Assembly: GCA_951406725.2 (NCBI GenBank)
Contig: OX597822.1
Location: 38,006,001 to 38,070,000 of the forward strand
DNA from: Octopus vulgaris
Taxonomy: Eukaryota
Direction of reading: 5' to 3'
DNA: 64,000 nucleotides
A model generated the notes under the pieces. The model ran no database searches, was not told where the DNA came from, and was given only the letters and a program-made list of their open reading frames with translations. Shown here piece after piece: positions 1-14,134 of this stretch (within the stretch, counting starts at the first letter, position 1; each line of letters starts with the position of its first letter). Position numbers and translations under genes: made by a program.

Positions 1-36
<36 letters not shown>

Positions 37-38
<2 letters not shown>

Positions 39-344
39 CTCTTTTACTTGTTTCAGTCATTTGACTGCTGCCATGCTGGGGCACCGCCTTAACTCGAGCA
101 AATCGACCCTGGGAATTATTCTTTGTAAGCCTAGTACTTATTCTATGCCCAACTGCTAAATTACGGGGACGTAGACACACCAGCATCGGTTGTCAAGCGA
201 TGTTGGGGAGATAAACACAGACCCAGACACACACACTCACATACATACATACATACATACATACATACATGCATACATACATAAAACATACATACTTACA
301 TACATATATACATACATACATACATACATACATACATACATACA

Positions 345-380
<36 letters not shown>

Positions 381-551
381 TATATATACATACATACAAC
401 GGGCTTCTTTCAGTTTCTGTCTACCAAATCCTCTCACAAGGTTCTGATCGGCCCGATGATATAGTAGAAGACACGTGCCCATGGTGCCACACAGTGGGAC
501 TGAACACAAAACCATGTGGTTGGTAAGCAAGCTACATGCCATACAGCCACT
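37..551 (-). mobile_element. tRNA-derived SINE, family A, with internal (CATA)n expansion
   Basis: Minus strand reads gtggctgtatggcatgtagcttgcttaccaaccacatggttttgtgttcagtccc (A/B-box-like head), gacagaaactgaaagaagcccgttg, microsatellite, tail gcagtcaaatgactgaaacaagtaaaagagta; many further copies in the window. Confidence 0.85.
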
Positions 552-566
552 ATATATATATGTAAC

Positions 567-662
<96 letters not shown>

Positions 663-706
663 TATACATTCATACACACACACACATATATACATATAAT
701 TATACT

Positions 707-1113
707 CAGGCGTGACTGTGTGGTATGAAGTTTACTTCCCAACCACAGGGTTCTGGGTTCAGTTCTACTACGCGGCATCCTGTGCACGTGTCTTCTACTA
801 TAGCCTCAGGCCGACGAAAGCCTTGTGAGTGGATTTGGTAGACGGAAACTGAAAGAAGCCCATAGTATATATTTATATATATATATTATTTATGTGTTAT
901 GCGTGTCTGTGTCTGTATTTGTCACCCTGCTATCGTTTGGCAACCGATGTTCGTATATTTACGTCCTTGAGTCGTAGCGGTTCGTGAGACGCCACCGATA
1001 GAATAAGTACTAGGCTTACAAAAGTAAGTCCTGGGGTCGATTTCTTCGACTAAAGGTTGTGCTCCAGCATGGCCACAGTCAAATGACTGAAATATGTAAA
1101 AGAATAAAAGAAT
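707..1113 (+). mobile_element. tRNA-derived SINE, family A
   Basis: ggcgtgactgtgtggt...gggttcagttct head, gccttgtgagtggatttggtagacggaaactgaaagaagccc core, cagtcaaatgactgaaa tail. Confidence 0.85.
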
Positions 1114-1186
1114 GTGTGTGTATGTGGGTGTGAGTATATATATGTATATATATATATATTTATAAATATGTGTGTATATACATATG

Positions 1187-1219
<33 letters not shown>

Positions 1220-1282
1220 ATAATATATTTAACATATATATACATGTCTATATGTATATATATATATACATGTATACATATA

Positions 1283-1341
<59 letters not shown>

Positions 1342-1382
1342 ATGTATGTATTTATGTATGTATGTATCTATGTATGTATGTA

Positions 1383-1423
<41 letters not shown>

Positions 1424-1429
1424 CAACAG

Positions 1430-1462
<33 letters not shown>

Positions 1463-1760
1463 ACAGTAGATCTCGAATCAATAAAACTATAAATATTATC
1501 ATATAATAGCATATAAATAAATATTGCGTTAAAGGGCGGTCTCGGGTGTATAAATTCGAAGGCTGTCCAATTATTGAATTCCCTGTAATGTCCACTGATG
1601 TGGGTTCATATCCCACGGTTAGCCTTCGACACTTTTTTTTTTAATTAAAAATATTTACATGTTATAAGTTGTAGGTCTATGTCCTTCGAGACATACTTTA
1701 TCAAAAAATAAATATTTCTCTTTTACTCTGAAGTTCATAAATTCGCAAGACGTTCACAAT

Positions 1761-1843
<83 letters not shown>

Positions 1844-2653
1844 CACGGAATACTCTAATTCACGTACACATACAAACGCAGTGTCATTCAAAATTTCTTT
1901 TGTGCGATTTTAAATTCATATCACCTCATTAAATTAGTGCTTTGTTTACATTTTGCAGGCGTCTCTAATTACGCGTTCCGTCTTTTATTAGCCCTGCACT
2001 ACAGTAAAAGAATAGAGCTACCGTATTCTACAACTGCCGTTATTATTGTAAGCTTTATAGTTCCATATGTGATAGAATTAACCTGGCAAATGTAAAAACG
2101 AAAGAAATGATTATATTTTTAAATAGAACGAATCTTTCACATCATCAGTTTCCGTCGAGTCTGCTGTCACGAAGCAAACAGACTGATACAGCTTCTAAAG
2201 TAATAGAAATAGACAGCATTTGAGGGTGATGCTTTCTTTCTTTTTGTTTTTTCTTTTTCTTCTTCTTTCAGTTGTTCGGTGAATGATGTTAGTTCTTCCC
2301 GCCGCGTTCAATGTTTAGTAAAAGTAAACATTATTTTTTTATTTAAATAATATAGAAATAATTATTAAAAATATTTATTAGAAAAAAAAAACTTTTAATG
2401 AGCATTTATAATGAACTTTTTTTTTATTGACGGCATTGCATTCGATAAACGTAGGCATTTAAAATAGTCTTCATAGATTAATTCAAACATTTAGAAATCT
2501 AAAAATGTATAGTGAAAATTTAGAGTCTAAAGTTGAATAACTTACCCCATGTCATTGTACGTATGCATGTATGTATATATATATGTATGTATGTATGTAT
2601 GTTTGTATGTATGTATGTATGTATGTATGTATGTATGTATGTATGTATGTGCG

Positions 2654-2685
<32 letters not shown>

Positions 2686-2812
2686 CATGCATGTATGTAT
2701 GTATGTATGTATGCATGTATATATGTATGTATATATGTATGTATATATATAGATAGATGGATATGAAGATAGTATATGTTATATATACATACACTAACAT
2801 CTCTTTCTCTTC

Positions 2813-2876
<64 letters not shown>

Positions 2877-2883
2877 GTGTATG

Positions 2884-2938
<55 letters not shown>

Positions 2939-2988
2939 AGAATTTACGAAAAAACACAAGACGAAGACAGGTGGTGTACAAAACAAAC

Positions 2989-3027
<39 letters not shown>

Positions 3028-3103
3028 TATACATATATATATGTATGTATGTATATATATATATATATTATATATATATATATATGTATGCATGTATATA
3101 TAC

Positions 3104-3136
<33 letters not shown>

Positions 3137-3360
3137 TAAAAATGTAGAGGTAACACACGAGCAACTAGATATTTATGAAAAAGAACGAAAATACTCCTTT
3201 TTTTAAAATTATGTACATTTAAATTTCTTTATATAAATACATTTAAAAAATGTTTTTGTTTTACGTGTAATTAAGTGCATATTTTTGTTAAAGTTTATAA
3301 ACAACCGAAACATGTAAATGTAACTAATTTTTAAAAAGTAGAGTTTCCGTTCTTCTTTTT

Positions 3361-3436
<76 letters not shown>

Positions 3437-3555
3437 ATAATAAAAGAACGATAATATATATATAGTTTTTTTTTAAACTTAATATCTATATTTCTATTAC
3501 ACGCTGTTATTTATAACATTCTTATTTCGAGATCAGCCGTGAAAAACGAACATAC

Positions 3556-3640
<85 letters not shown>

Positions 3641-3678
3641 CATATATATATATATACATGTGTGTGTATGTATACATA

Positions 3679-3710
<32 letters not shown>

Positions 3711-3739
3711 CATAGAAAGATTGATATATATATATATAT

Positions 3740-3785
<46 letters not shown>

Positions 3786-3797
3786 CACATATATATG

Positions 3798-3840
<43 letters not shown>

Positions 3841-3922
3841 CCTGTTGATTGAATTAACATACAAGAGAGTGAACTCTCCAAAGAGACGTCATTCCCAAGT
3901 TAGACTATTATATGTTTATACG

Positions 3923-3955
<33 letters not shown>

Positions 3956-4071
3956 ACATAGATTCTAGCTAACAATTTATCTTCTCTCTCTCTTTCATTC
4001 TGTGTTTGTCTTTCTGTCTGTTTCTCTCTGTGTCATTCTGTTTATTTATATATTTATATATATGTGTTTAT

Positions 4072-4117
<46 letters not shown>

Positions 4118-4256
4118 CTATGAATATGTAAAAAGCAGTTAGCACAAAAAAATGCATTTTTCTATAATTAACAATTCATTTTTTTTAGAAAATACATTTT
4201 GTAATATTTTTGACTTCTTCAAATATTGTTATTGAATTAAATAGATAATACTCCCC

Positions 4257-4291
<35 letters not shown>

Positions 4292-4293
4292 CC

Positions 4294-4702
4294 TTTATTT
4301 GTTTTACTCATTGGACATGACTAAAACTGGGGCACCGCCTTCTAGGGTTTCGTTGAACAAATTAACCCTAGTACTATTTTGATTTTATGCCCGTTATTTA
4401 CCCCATTGGTCTCGTTTGCCAAACCGCTAAGTTAAAGGTACCCAAACAGGCCAACACCGGTTTTCAAGTAATAACGTGATCAAACGCGCACGCGCATACA
4501 CACACGCATGAATGCGAATATAAAAGTATATGCATGTATGTATTCCAGGCTTCGTTTCAGTTTCCGTATGCGAAATCAATTCACAAGGCTTTGATCAGCC
4601 CGGAGATATAGTAGACAACCCTGGCTCAAGATGCTTTGCAGTGTGACAAAGACTAAAACCAAAAGCCTGAGAATCAGCTTCCTCACTCACACGACCACGC
4701 CT
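4294..4702 (-). mobile_element. Diverged SINE, family A
   Basis: ggggcaccgcc, gccaaaccgctaagtta, tttcagtttccgt and cacaaggctttgatc motifs collinear with other copies. Confidence 0.7.
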
Positions 4703-4761
4703 ATAATCACACACACACCACACACCTACACACACATATATATATACATACATACATACTT

Positions 4762-4806
<45 letters not shown>

Positions 4807-4814
4807 AATGATCC

Positions 4815-5490
4815 TTCCGCAGTGTACCGTGCATGTGTACTGACATCGCTCCTTTACTCATGTGAGACATGGACCCTTTACAAAAGTCATGTAAGGGTCC
4901 TTAAACGCTTTCATCAGAGATGTTTCAGACACATTCTGAATGTTGGCTGGACCTTAAAAAACCCAGATACACAGGTCCTGAGGGCAGCTGATATTTTGAA
5001 TATTGAGGCGATCGTGCACAAGCACCGGTTACGTTGGACTGGACACCTTATTAGAACGAAGTCTAGCAGGATCCCTGAGCAGATGCTATATGGGGAACTT
5101 GTGAATGGAAAGAGACACCGGCAGAAACCAAGGTTGCGATTTAAGGATTGTGTCAAGTCCTCATTAAAGGCCTGTGATATGCAGGAGACTGACTGATAGA
5201 ACAATGCCTGTCATTGCCACAGATGAAGGAAGCATGTTAAGGAGGGGTCGACACTTTTGAGAGGGCACGTATTCTACATGAAGAACTTAAGCGTGCTGCT
5301 CGAAAGCGGACTACTGGCGTAGTGAATGGGGAAAGCTTGGTCTGCAATGTTTACAGTTGTGCATGCTTGTTAAGAGCAGGGCTCATTATCCACCAACGGA
5401 GCCGCAAATACAAATATATAAGTTAGTCCTAGAGCGCACAATGTTCCTGAAGGTCAGCAATGGTCTTCGTATGTCATGAGTGGATGGCCA
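4815..5490 (+). pseudogene. 5'-truncated RTE-clade LINE, C-terminal part of the RT ORF
   Basis: ORF 4822-5196 YRACVLTSLLYSCETWTL...FHQRCFRHIL...RLRWTGHLIR...RIPEQMLYGEL...PRLRFKDCVKSSLK is typical of the post-RT region of RTE/BovB; after a stop there is a degenerate C2H2-like tail (VCNVYSCACLLRAGLIIHQR). Confidence 0.85.
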
Positions 5491-5533
5491 TCGTACATAT
5501 ATACATACTTGCATACACATACACACATACACA

Positions 5534-5582
<49 letters not shown>

Positions 5583-5614
5583 ACACACACACACACACAT
5601 ACACACACATATAT

Positions 5615-5771
5615 ATTCGCCATGCTGGAAGGCTGAAATCTGTTTATTCTCTCATACCTTTCTGTTGGCGAGCATAGGCTCGAAACGTAAAAGACTTTTT
5701 TCATTTTTCCCGAACGTCTAACTAATACACTTGTTTGTTGTTCATATACCTGTCTTCGTCTTTTGTTTCTT

Positions 5772-5775
<4 letters not shown>
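5615..5775 (+). repeat. Short dispersed repeat flanked by microsatellites (also 2935-2992 -, 18815-18940 +, 47685-47775 -)
   Basis: Shared ggctcgaaa(c/t)gtaaaagactttt...ctaataca(c/t)...acctgtcttcgtcttttgttt sequence; the 2935 and 47685 copies are partial. Confidence 0.7.
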
Positions 5776-5868
<93 letters not shown>

Positions 5869-6210
5869 TAGACCTTCATCGAGTAATAAAAAACGTCCAT
5901 GCCAAATTTTATACACATTGATCTAGTGGTTTGGCCGTGCATAGAGAAAACACACACAGTGTATTTTATATATATATTCACAGACACGCCCACTGGCGTA
6001 TACGCATACACACGATCGCACACATATACACACATGCACGAAAAAATATATGTATACTTCCAATAGTAATAGAATAAAAATATATTTCTAAGATCTATGT
6101 ATATGACCGCGCACGCGTTGTGCTTATTATATCTACATACATACATATACATTTATGGATGTATCTCTTTCTCTCTTTTACTTGTTTCAGTCATTTGATG
6201 GCCATGCTGG

Positions 6211-6258
<48 letters not shown>

Positions 6259-6271
6259 CATTTATGGATGT

Positions 6272-6340
<69 letters not shown>

Positions 6341-6632
6341 TCCGTAATAATGAAGGGTGAAATTAATTAATTTGGAATAATTATCAATTACACCAAGTAG
6401 TCTTCGGCATGTAAAAGCCTCATTCGAGGAAAATTTAAGTAATACTAAGCAATAAAGGGTTTAGCAACGAATTGCCTTACCACAGACCGAATTTAGAAAT
6501 AGCAGTCAAAGAGTTATAGCTATTTCTTCTACTAAAAAGGAGATCTCAGTAAAAAACACAGCAATTGGAAGGCAGACACAAACAGGTAAGAGAGAATGAA
6601 TTGACGGCAATCTATCATACAATTTTAAGTTA

Positions 6633-6732
6633 TCTACGGACGCACGTTTCGAAATCAAGTTTTTAGAAAAGCATAAGAATTAAATATTAAATAATTCTAC
6701 GTTACCCAAACTTCTTTTCTCTTCAGCGTAGA
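6633..6732 (-). ncRNA. Type I hammerhead ribozyme motif
   Basis: Reverse complement of the 6827-6926 motif: tctacg-CTGAAGA-long insert-GAAAC-gtgc-GTC-cgtaga. Confidence 0.7.
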
Positions 6733-6826
6733 ATACTATAATCATAAATGATTATATATTGAATTTTGAGATACTCAAAATTCAATATCTCAAAATTCAA
6801 TATATAATCATTTATGATTATAGTAT

Positions 6827-6926
6827 TCTACGCTGAAGAGAAAAGAAGTTTGGGTAACGTAGAATTATTTAATATTTAATTCTTATGCTTTCCTAAAAAC
6901 TTGATTTCGAAACGTGCGTCCGTAGA
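6827..6926 (+). ncRNA. Type I hammerhead ribozyme motif
   Basis: Stem I tctacg(6827-32)/cgtaga(6921-26); CTGAAGA 6833-39; G...C closing a ~69-nt stem II region; GAAAC 6909-13, gtgc, GTC cleavage triplet 6918-20. Confidence 0.7.
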
Positions 6927-7115
6927 TAACTTAAAATTGTATGATAGATTGCCGTCAATTCATTCTCTCTTACCTGTTTGTGTCTGCCTTCCAATTGCTG
7001 TGTTTTTTACTGAGATCTCCCTTTTTTAGTAGAAGAAATAGCTATAACTCTTTGACTGCTATTTCTAAATTCGGTCTGTGGTAAGGCAATTCGTTGCTAA
7101 ACCCTTTATTGCTTA

Positions 7116-7199
<84 letters not shown>

Positions 7200-7416
7200 G
7201 GTACAGATATACATACACACACACACATATATATATATGTCATATATACAATATATATATATTCATAGAAATGTAATCATATATATATACACTATATATA
7301 TGCATATATATATATATAGATCTGTATATATAATATCAATATAATCCATACGCATGAATATTAATCCGTGAATTTGCTAGACATATTTATGAAGATATGC
7401 ATATACGTATGTATGA

Positions 7417-7458
<42 letters not shown>

Positions 7459-8064
7459 TTGCATGTCTGTTTGTATGTGCATGTGTGTGTTTGTGTGTGT
7501 GAGAGTGTGTGCATATGTGTATGTGTGTGTGCGCGCACGCGTGTGTGCATATGTAAAGGAAAGATAAAATGCTCCATTGTTCGAATGTTGAAAGCAAATT
7601 TATACGTATATATATTTAGATAATGTATGGATGGATGTAGTGGTGGATGGTGGATGTGTGTGTATATATATATACACATATACATGGAAACAGGGAGAGA
7701 ACGTTACAAAATTCTTCACGCGTGTTTTGGTGGCTATTGCAATGTACTTCTGGTAATGTGAATATCCAAGATTACGTAAGAAAGCTCTTAGTTAATCTGC
7801 TTTGTTAGTCAGCGAAACACGTGTAAAGACGCTACAAATAAATGCTTTCAGGGTTCCACATTATTATCCCCAGACATGATATGTGTATGTGGACCGTAAT
7901 TTTTATTACGCAAATAGACCGCTAGCATGACGCTTCGTTAGAACATCATTGATTATGTTCACAGGCTCTTTCACAACATTAATATGTGACATAAGCGGAT
8001 TGAAGGTTAAGCATTCGAACACCGTAACATACTTTACAAACATTATCTGCACACGTGTATGTGT

Positions 8065-8107
<43 letters not shown>

Positions 8108-8378
8108 TGTGTGTGTGTGTGTGTGTACATACATATATGTATACATATATATATATATATACATGAATATCTACATATATATAGATATATATATATAAAC
8201 ATATATATACATATGTGTATGTATATATATATATATACACACATATATGTATATATAAATATATATATATATATATCACGTGATCACATGACCGACCAGA
8301 CTATCGGACGTTGTTACACATCGCTGGTCACAATGTCCTTTACATCGTTTTGACCTTCGAATAAAGACACTCGGCTGG

Positions 8379-8438
<60 letters not shown>

Positions 8439-8771
8439 GAATACGTACATACATACATACGCGAGCGCGCACACACACTTTATCGATACCTCTATGAAAG
8501 GCTATCTCCAACCGCCACTCATCAGTGAATGACTTAACAAAGACTAATTCTAAATGTTTCTTTTGATTTGCAGAGTTTGTCTCACTGGCCATAGTGTGGC
8601 ATTCACGCGGTCGATCTTTCTGCCATTTAATCACACTTAATTCTTTATTGTATGACTTCTGGGCCTGAAACCTCCAATAATTGTTCAGCGTTCGCTTACA
8701 GATTAGCTACCACAAAAGAATTAAATTCAATATATACTCAATACATCTGGTTCCGTCATACATACACTAAA

Positions 8772-8854
<83 letters not shown>

Positions 8855-9140
8855 TACATACATACATATATATATTTATTTTTATTTATTTATTTATATA
8901 TTTATATATATTTCATTTCATTTCATTTGGGTTTGAGTCCATGCTCAGGCCAAGTCGAAGACTCCACCCTCATATATATATATACATATATGTGTATCTA
9001 TCTTTATATATGTGTGCGCGAACGCGCTCGTATCTATATCTGTGTAACTGTCTATCTGTCTATCTATTTAACTATCTATCTAGCTGGCTAGCTAACTGTG
9101 TATGTGTGTGTGTGCTTCTTTCTTTAACTTTTATCTTTTT

Positions 9141-9742
9141 AAACAACGAAGTGTCAGCACGAAGCAGTGTTTAGGTATGAGCAGAATTTAGGCTAGTTAA
9201 AATATGCTTGTCACATATTTCAACTGCTAAAAGACAAACACACTCCAGTTGCCGTGGAGAAAATATCTTTCTTATGGTAAAAAGGTGTGAAAACGCTTGG
9301 TTCGTTCAATGCCACCATCTATTAGGAATCCCAGATAAAGATGTTTCGAGTTTTTTGGCTCTTGTCAATGAGTTGTATCTAAGAGAGGCAACTCTGAACG
9401 AACTTCATAAAGTCGTAGCTTTGTATATAATTCAGTCAACACCGTCAACTGGTTTGCGTTAAGTAGATCGCCCGATCGAGGTAAACGACGAAGCGTTAGC
9501 GCGAAGCAGTGTTTAGATATGAGCAGAATTTCGGCTTGCTAAAAGGTACATCTCCTTCACAAGAGTCAAAAATCTCGAAACACCGATGTCTGGGATTCTT
9601 AATAGATGGTGACACTGAACGAACCGGGTGTTTTCAAACCTTTTTATCATAAGAGATTTTTTTTTTCTCCACGGTAACTGTTGTCTATTTGCCATTTAGC
9701 AGTTGAAATATGTGACAGACATATTTCCACTAGCCTAAATTT
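9141..9742. repeat. Composite direct plus inverted repeat element
   Basis: 9141-9203 is repeated directly at 9483-9544; 9184-9380 recurs as a diverged inverted copy at 9544-9742 (the ORFs 9208+ and 9695- translate to similar peptides). Confidence 0.75.
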
Positions 9743-9882
9743 GGATTTTATCTATTTTCTTTTCACATTACTATTATTTAATTATCTTTCATATTATTAT
9801 TATGAGCCTTTCATAGCTGGTTTGGAACAGTAGCTTTCTTAAATTCCATATCCGATGTTGCCACGCTTTCACAGTATTACTG

Positions 9883-9963
<81 letters not shown>

Positions 9964-10120
9964 CGCACATACACACATATTTATTTATATTTATGTATTA
10001 TGAAAAAATATGGGCTTGAACATCGCATAGCTGATAGATATGTTTCTATATTCGGTAAGAAATGATGTTAGAACATAAATGTTATCTATAGAGGCCCTTT
10101 ATAAGTGCAGCATGTATATA

Positions 10121-10173
<53 letters not shown>

Positions 10174-10181
10174 CATATATG

Positions 10182-10228
<47 letters not shown>

Positions 10229-10259
10229 GTATAACAACAACAACAACAACAATAATAAT

Positions 10260-10400
10260 AGCATCGAAATTACCTTAGGAATGAGAACCCAGGTTCAAAA
10301 TTTCTCCCAGGACACCTGAAGAAGGCTGGAGAGTATATCAGCCGAAGCGTTGTGTTAACAACTAACAAGATGAGGACAAATAAATATCCGTCATAATGTT
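10260..10400 (+). mobile_element. Penelope-like terminal fragment with degenerate minimal hammerhead
   Basis: acac-CTGAAGA-a-ggctg...cagcc-GAAgC-GTT-gtgt at 10312-10355; GAAAC is altered to GAAGC. Confidence 0.5.
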
Positions 10401-10401
10401 T

Positions 10402-10597
10402 CTTTCACTCTTTCTTCCTGTATTTCAAAGGGCAAGCCTTGTCACATTCTGTGTCACGCTGAATCTCCCCGAGAATTACGTTATGGGTACACATGTCTGT
10501 GGAGTGCTCAGCCACTTGCACGTTAATTTCACGAGCAGGCTTTTCCGTTGATTGGATCATCTGGAAACCTCGTCGTTGTAACCGACGGAGTGTCGTA
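10402..10597 (+). mobile_element. SINE family C, 3' part
   Basis: gccttgtcacattctgtgtcacgctgaatctccccgagaa...gtaaccgacggagt matches 12905-13080 (-) and 46355-46515 (+). Confidence 0.8.
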
Positions 10598-11404
10598 GTA
10601 ATATATATATTTTTACAATCCAGCCGTCCATTCTCACGGAATTTCGTCTATCTTTAAAACATGACCCTGAAGTGACTTATATATATAAGGGAACTGTTAT
10701 TATGTATGTATATCAGGAAATGTATATAAATCGAAACAATTTGTTGGCCTTTTATGTTTTTTTTTAATATATTATATTATGTTGTATTATATTCATAGTA
10801 TATCATGTAATATTATAATATAAATAAATTATTGGATGTCAGTAGTATCTTTCTATTTAATTTATCTTTATATAAATAACTTAACGCAGTACTACTCGCA
10901 AAAGATATCCATGTTTATTTCTATCTCATTTCAATAATTCCTAATGGTTTTGCTTCAAGCTTTGCTCCATTTTCTTCTAATGTTTTATTTGTCTTCTTTC
11001 AGGTAATCTTATTTTTCTAACCTCCACTGACACACTTCCCTTAGTGTCACTCACATTCTTCTTTATTTGTTTTTTCCCTCCTCAGTTTCCATCCTGTCTT
11101 TCTCTTTCTTCTCTCGCGCTCTCTCTCTTTCTCTCTCTCTCCCTCTCTCTCTCCCTCTCTCTCTCTCTCACTCACTCTTTGTCGCTCCCTTGCTCTCATT
11201 CTTTCACATTCTAGACGTCTGATATTTTATCACATTAGTTCACTTATTGTTCCTCTATAAATGCAGAATTCTTTGCTTTATCTCTTCTATCTTTTATTTT
11301 AACAATCTATTTGCATCATTGTCTCTCACACAAGCTAACTATTGACTATATCTAATTTTGTTTCTTTAGTTCTTTCTCTCAATCTCTTACACCCTCTCTT
11401 TTCC

Positions 11405-11436
<32 letters not shown>

Positions 11437-11437
11437 G

Positions 11438-11472
<35 letters not shown>

Positions 11473-11629
11473 CTATCTCTATCTCAAATAGTCTATTTAT
11501 CTACCTAATACACTTTTCTTTATAATACATTCTTTTTCTTTGTTTTTCACCTCTCTCATCACAGCCACTACTTTCTCCTTCCAGCAAAACACAAACAGAG
11601 AAACCAACCTCAAAAACTTGAACAAATTC

Positions 11630-12380
11630 AAATCAGTTCAAATATGTTTGAGAGATATATCAGGCTTTTCACTGCAGTTTGTCAGAGAGAAAAAGTTCTA
11701 ACTAAAGAACAATGGTGTCAAAGCACCACAGGCAGCTAAGAGCACTATCTATTCGAGTTATGGATTATTTCGAACTTTTTAGTTCTCTTTGCTTCTCAAT
11801 CAGGTCAGAGTTGCCGCACTTTGATATCTGGTGCTGAAGGGAATTAACGTGTTTGAAATGCATCCATCAGTCCAACAGAGAGCATTCTGACCCGACTTTA
11901 GTGTTTTGACACATTATTGTCTTAAGCAAGAACTATTTTCTCCATAACAACCTGCAGTGAAAAGTCTTTACATATCCATACACCTCCCAAACATACTTGA
12001 ACTGGCCTTAGTTTACCCTCTGCCACTATTTCGCGCATCTATTCAGGATGTCCAAGGTGTAATGCTTTTGCTATATTCCTCAATATCTAGTTGGTGCATC
12101 AAAGAACTAGCAGGGATTGCGTTGTATTAGCTGTAATCTTTTGCAGATGGCTGATGGTAGAGAAAAAAACCCCATCTAGATTACTTTTAAAAGCCTCAGG
12201 TAGAATTTTTTGCCACCTTCTGTAAATCTCTTTTGAGGCCGTTGTGTAGTTATGAACAAGTCAAACAGTTACTGAGTAAGTTCTTGATGCAAGTGTTTTA
12301 GGAAGGAAGTATTGAGATCTGGCACTACCTTACATAAATACCGGGGTGGACGCGTACATAAAAACCGGGGTTTATACCCT
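11630..12380 (-). mobile_element. Old DNA-transposon remnant, possibly pogo-like, with a diverged internal inverted duplication
   Basis: 11633-11735 is an imperfect reverse complement of 11897-12006; family assignment rests only on weak resemblance to an N-terminal HTH region and subterminal ccggggt repeats. Confidence 0.3.
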
Positions 12381-12904
12381 TTTCAAGGCGGTGCCCCATC
12401 ATGGCCGCAGTCCAATGACTGAAACAAGTAAAAGGTAAAAGTTTAAAGAGCATGTTTGGTAGTGAAAACATTTACTGTGAGAGACACAACAGTGATGTTA
12501 ATCCTCTGGAAGTCCCATATTTCCAACAGTTATCACATCATGGCATCCCAGGACTTATCTACCAACTGGACAGATTGCAAAAAGTATTCAAGAAAAAGAA
12601 AACAAATTACAGACAGAGGCCATAACCGCTGGGACTTGTGTATATTACATACTTTAGGGTCTTCACTTTAGAATGCTGGAGGAAGTATATACCCTATACT
12701 TGTTTCATTCATTGGACTGCAGCTATACTGGGGCACTGCTCTAAAGGGTTTCATCAAACAAATATTTTTAAGTGCAGTACCTTACATTACTCATTTGTTA
12801 CACTCTTTCTTAAAGTTGGGGACAAAATTTCCAAAAATGTTTCGTATGTATGTATGTATGTATGTATGTATGTATGTATGTATGTTTGTATGTATGTATC
12901 GTGG

Positions 12905-13283
12905 TACTCCGTTGGTTACGACGACGAAGGTTCCAGTTTATCCGATCAATGGAACGGCCTGCTCGTGAAATTAACGTGCAAGTGGCTGAGCACTCCACAG
13001 ACACGTGTGCCCTTAACATAGTTCTCGGGGAGATTCAGTGTAACACAGAGTGTGACAAAGCTGGCCCTTTGAAATACTGGTACAACAGAAACAGGAAGAA
13101 AGAGTGAGAGATAGTTGTGGTGAAAGAGTACAGCAGGGTTCACCACCCACTGCCGGAGTCTCGTGGAGATTCAGATGCTTTCGCTCAATAAACACTCAAA
13201 GCGCCCGGTCTGGTAATCGAAACCGTGATCCTAGGACCGTGAGTCCGATGCCCTAACCACTGGGCCATTGCGCCTCGCCTCCA
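12905..13283 (-). mobile_element. tRNA-derived SINE, family C, near full length
   Basis: Minus strand ggcgcaatggcccagtggttagggcatcggactcacggtcctaggatcacggtttcgattacc tRNA-like head followed by family body. Confidence 0.85.
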
Positions 13284-13420
13284 AATCTATGTATGTATAT
13301 ATGTATATATGTGTGTATGTATATTTATATATATATCTGTATATATATATATATGTATGTATATATATATATATATGTATGTATATATATATATATATAT
13401 ATATGTATACATATATATAA

Positions 13421-13451
<31 letters not shown>

Positions 13452-13595
13452 TATACATATATATACACACACACATATATATATATATATATTTGTGTGT
13501 GTGTGGGTGTGTGTATCTTTTATCGAACCACTGACTGTGAAACTGTACGGGGGATGGTAAACACAGACAAACACACAACATATACATGCATACAT

Positions 13596-13656
<61 letters not shown>

Positions 13657-14134
13657 TTGGAACTGAACTCGAAACCACATGGTTGCAAAGCGAGTTTCTT
13701 CACCACACAGCCATGCTTGTTGCCACTTTGCGATTGTATTTAGAACAGCAGTTCTCAGTAATTATGAGTCCATATAACACTCTACAAGGAACATGAAACT
13801 CTTGTTGCACTTCGTACAGAAAGTTGAAAGGAAAAAAAAATGTTGGATTTTTTTTCTTTTAATTAGAAAATATATATCCTTGTATATAACGAAATTATAA
13901 TTCACATGTTTTTCAAGAGATTCCAGCATTAATATGGCTTTTTTAAAACATGGAATTATATATTTAAAATCCGCTGTGTTCCGTTTGAAATCGCTGGTCT
14001 AGCGAAATATATATCTTCAGATATACAAGAATTATGAAGGGAGTCAAAGTCTTGTGCTATTTTCCCTGTTCGGAATCAAGGTAAAACATTTCGGTGGGAA
14101 TCCTATTTTCACATTGGAAGGCATAGAATATTCT

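Larger units (their letters stand above)
6338..7119 (-). mobile_element. Non-coding Penelope-like/retrozyme-like element forming a ~330-bp-arm palindrome, inserted in (TA)n
   Basis: Arms 6442-6773 and 6786-7119 are reverse complements apart from one substitution and a small indel; unique tail 6338-6441; (TA)n on both sides; each arm holds a hammerhead motif. Confidence 0.8.

Noticed and set aside
5661-5695. gagc-atag-gctc-GAAAC-GTA hammerhead-like half
   Set aside because: No CTGANGA box in the correct register in this copy or the 18815 copy
12456-12671. Short ORF with faint resemblance to a Merlin/IS1595-type transposase motif (STNWTDCKKY)
   Set aside because: Similarity too weak to support without a profile search
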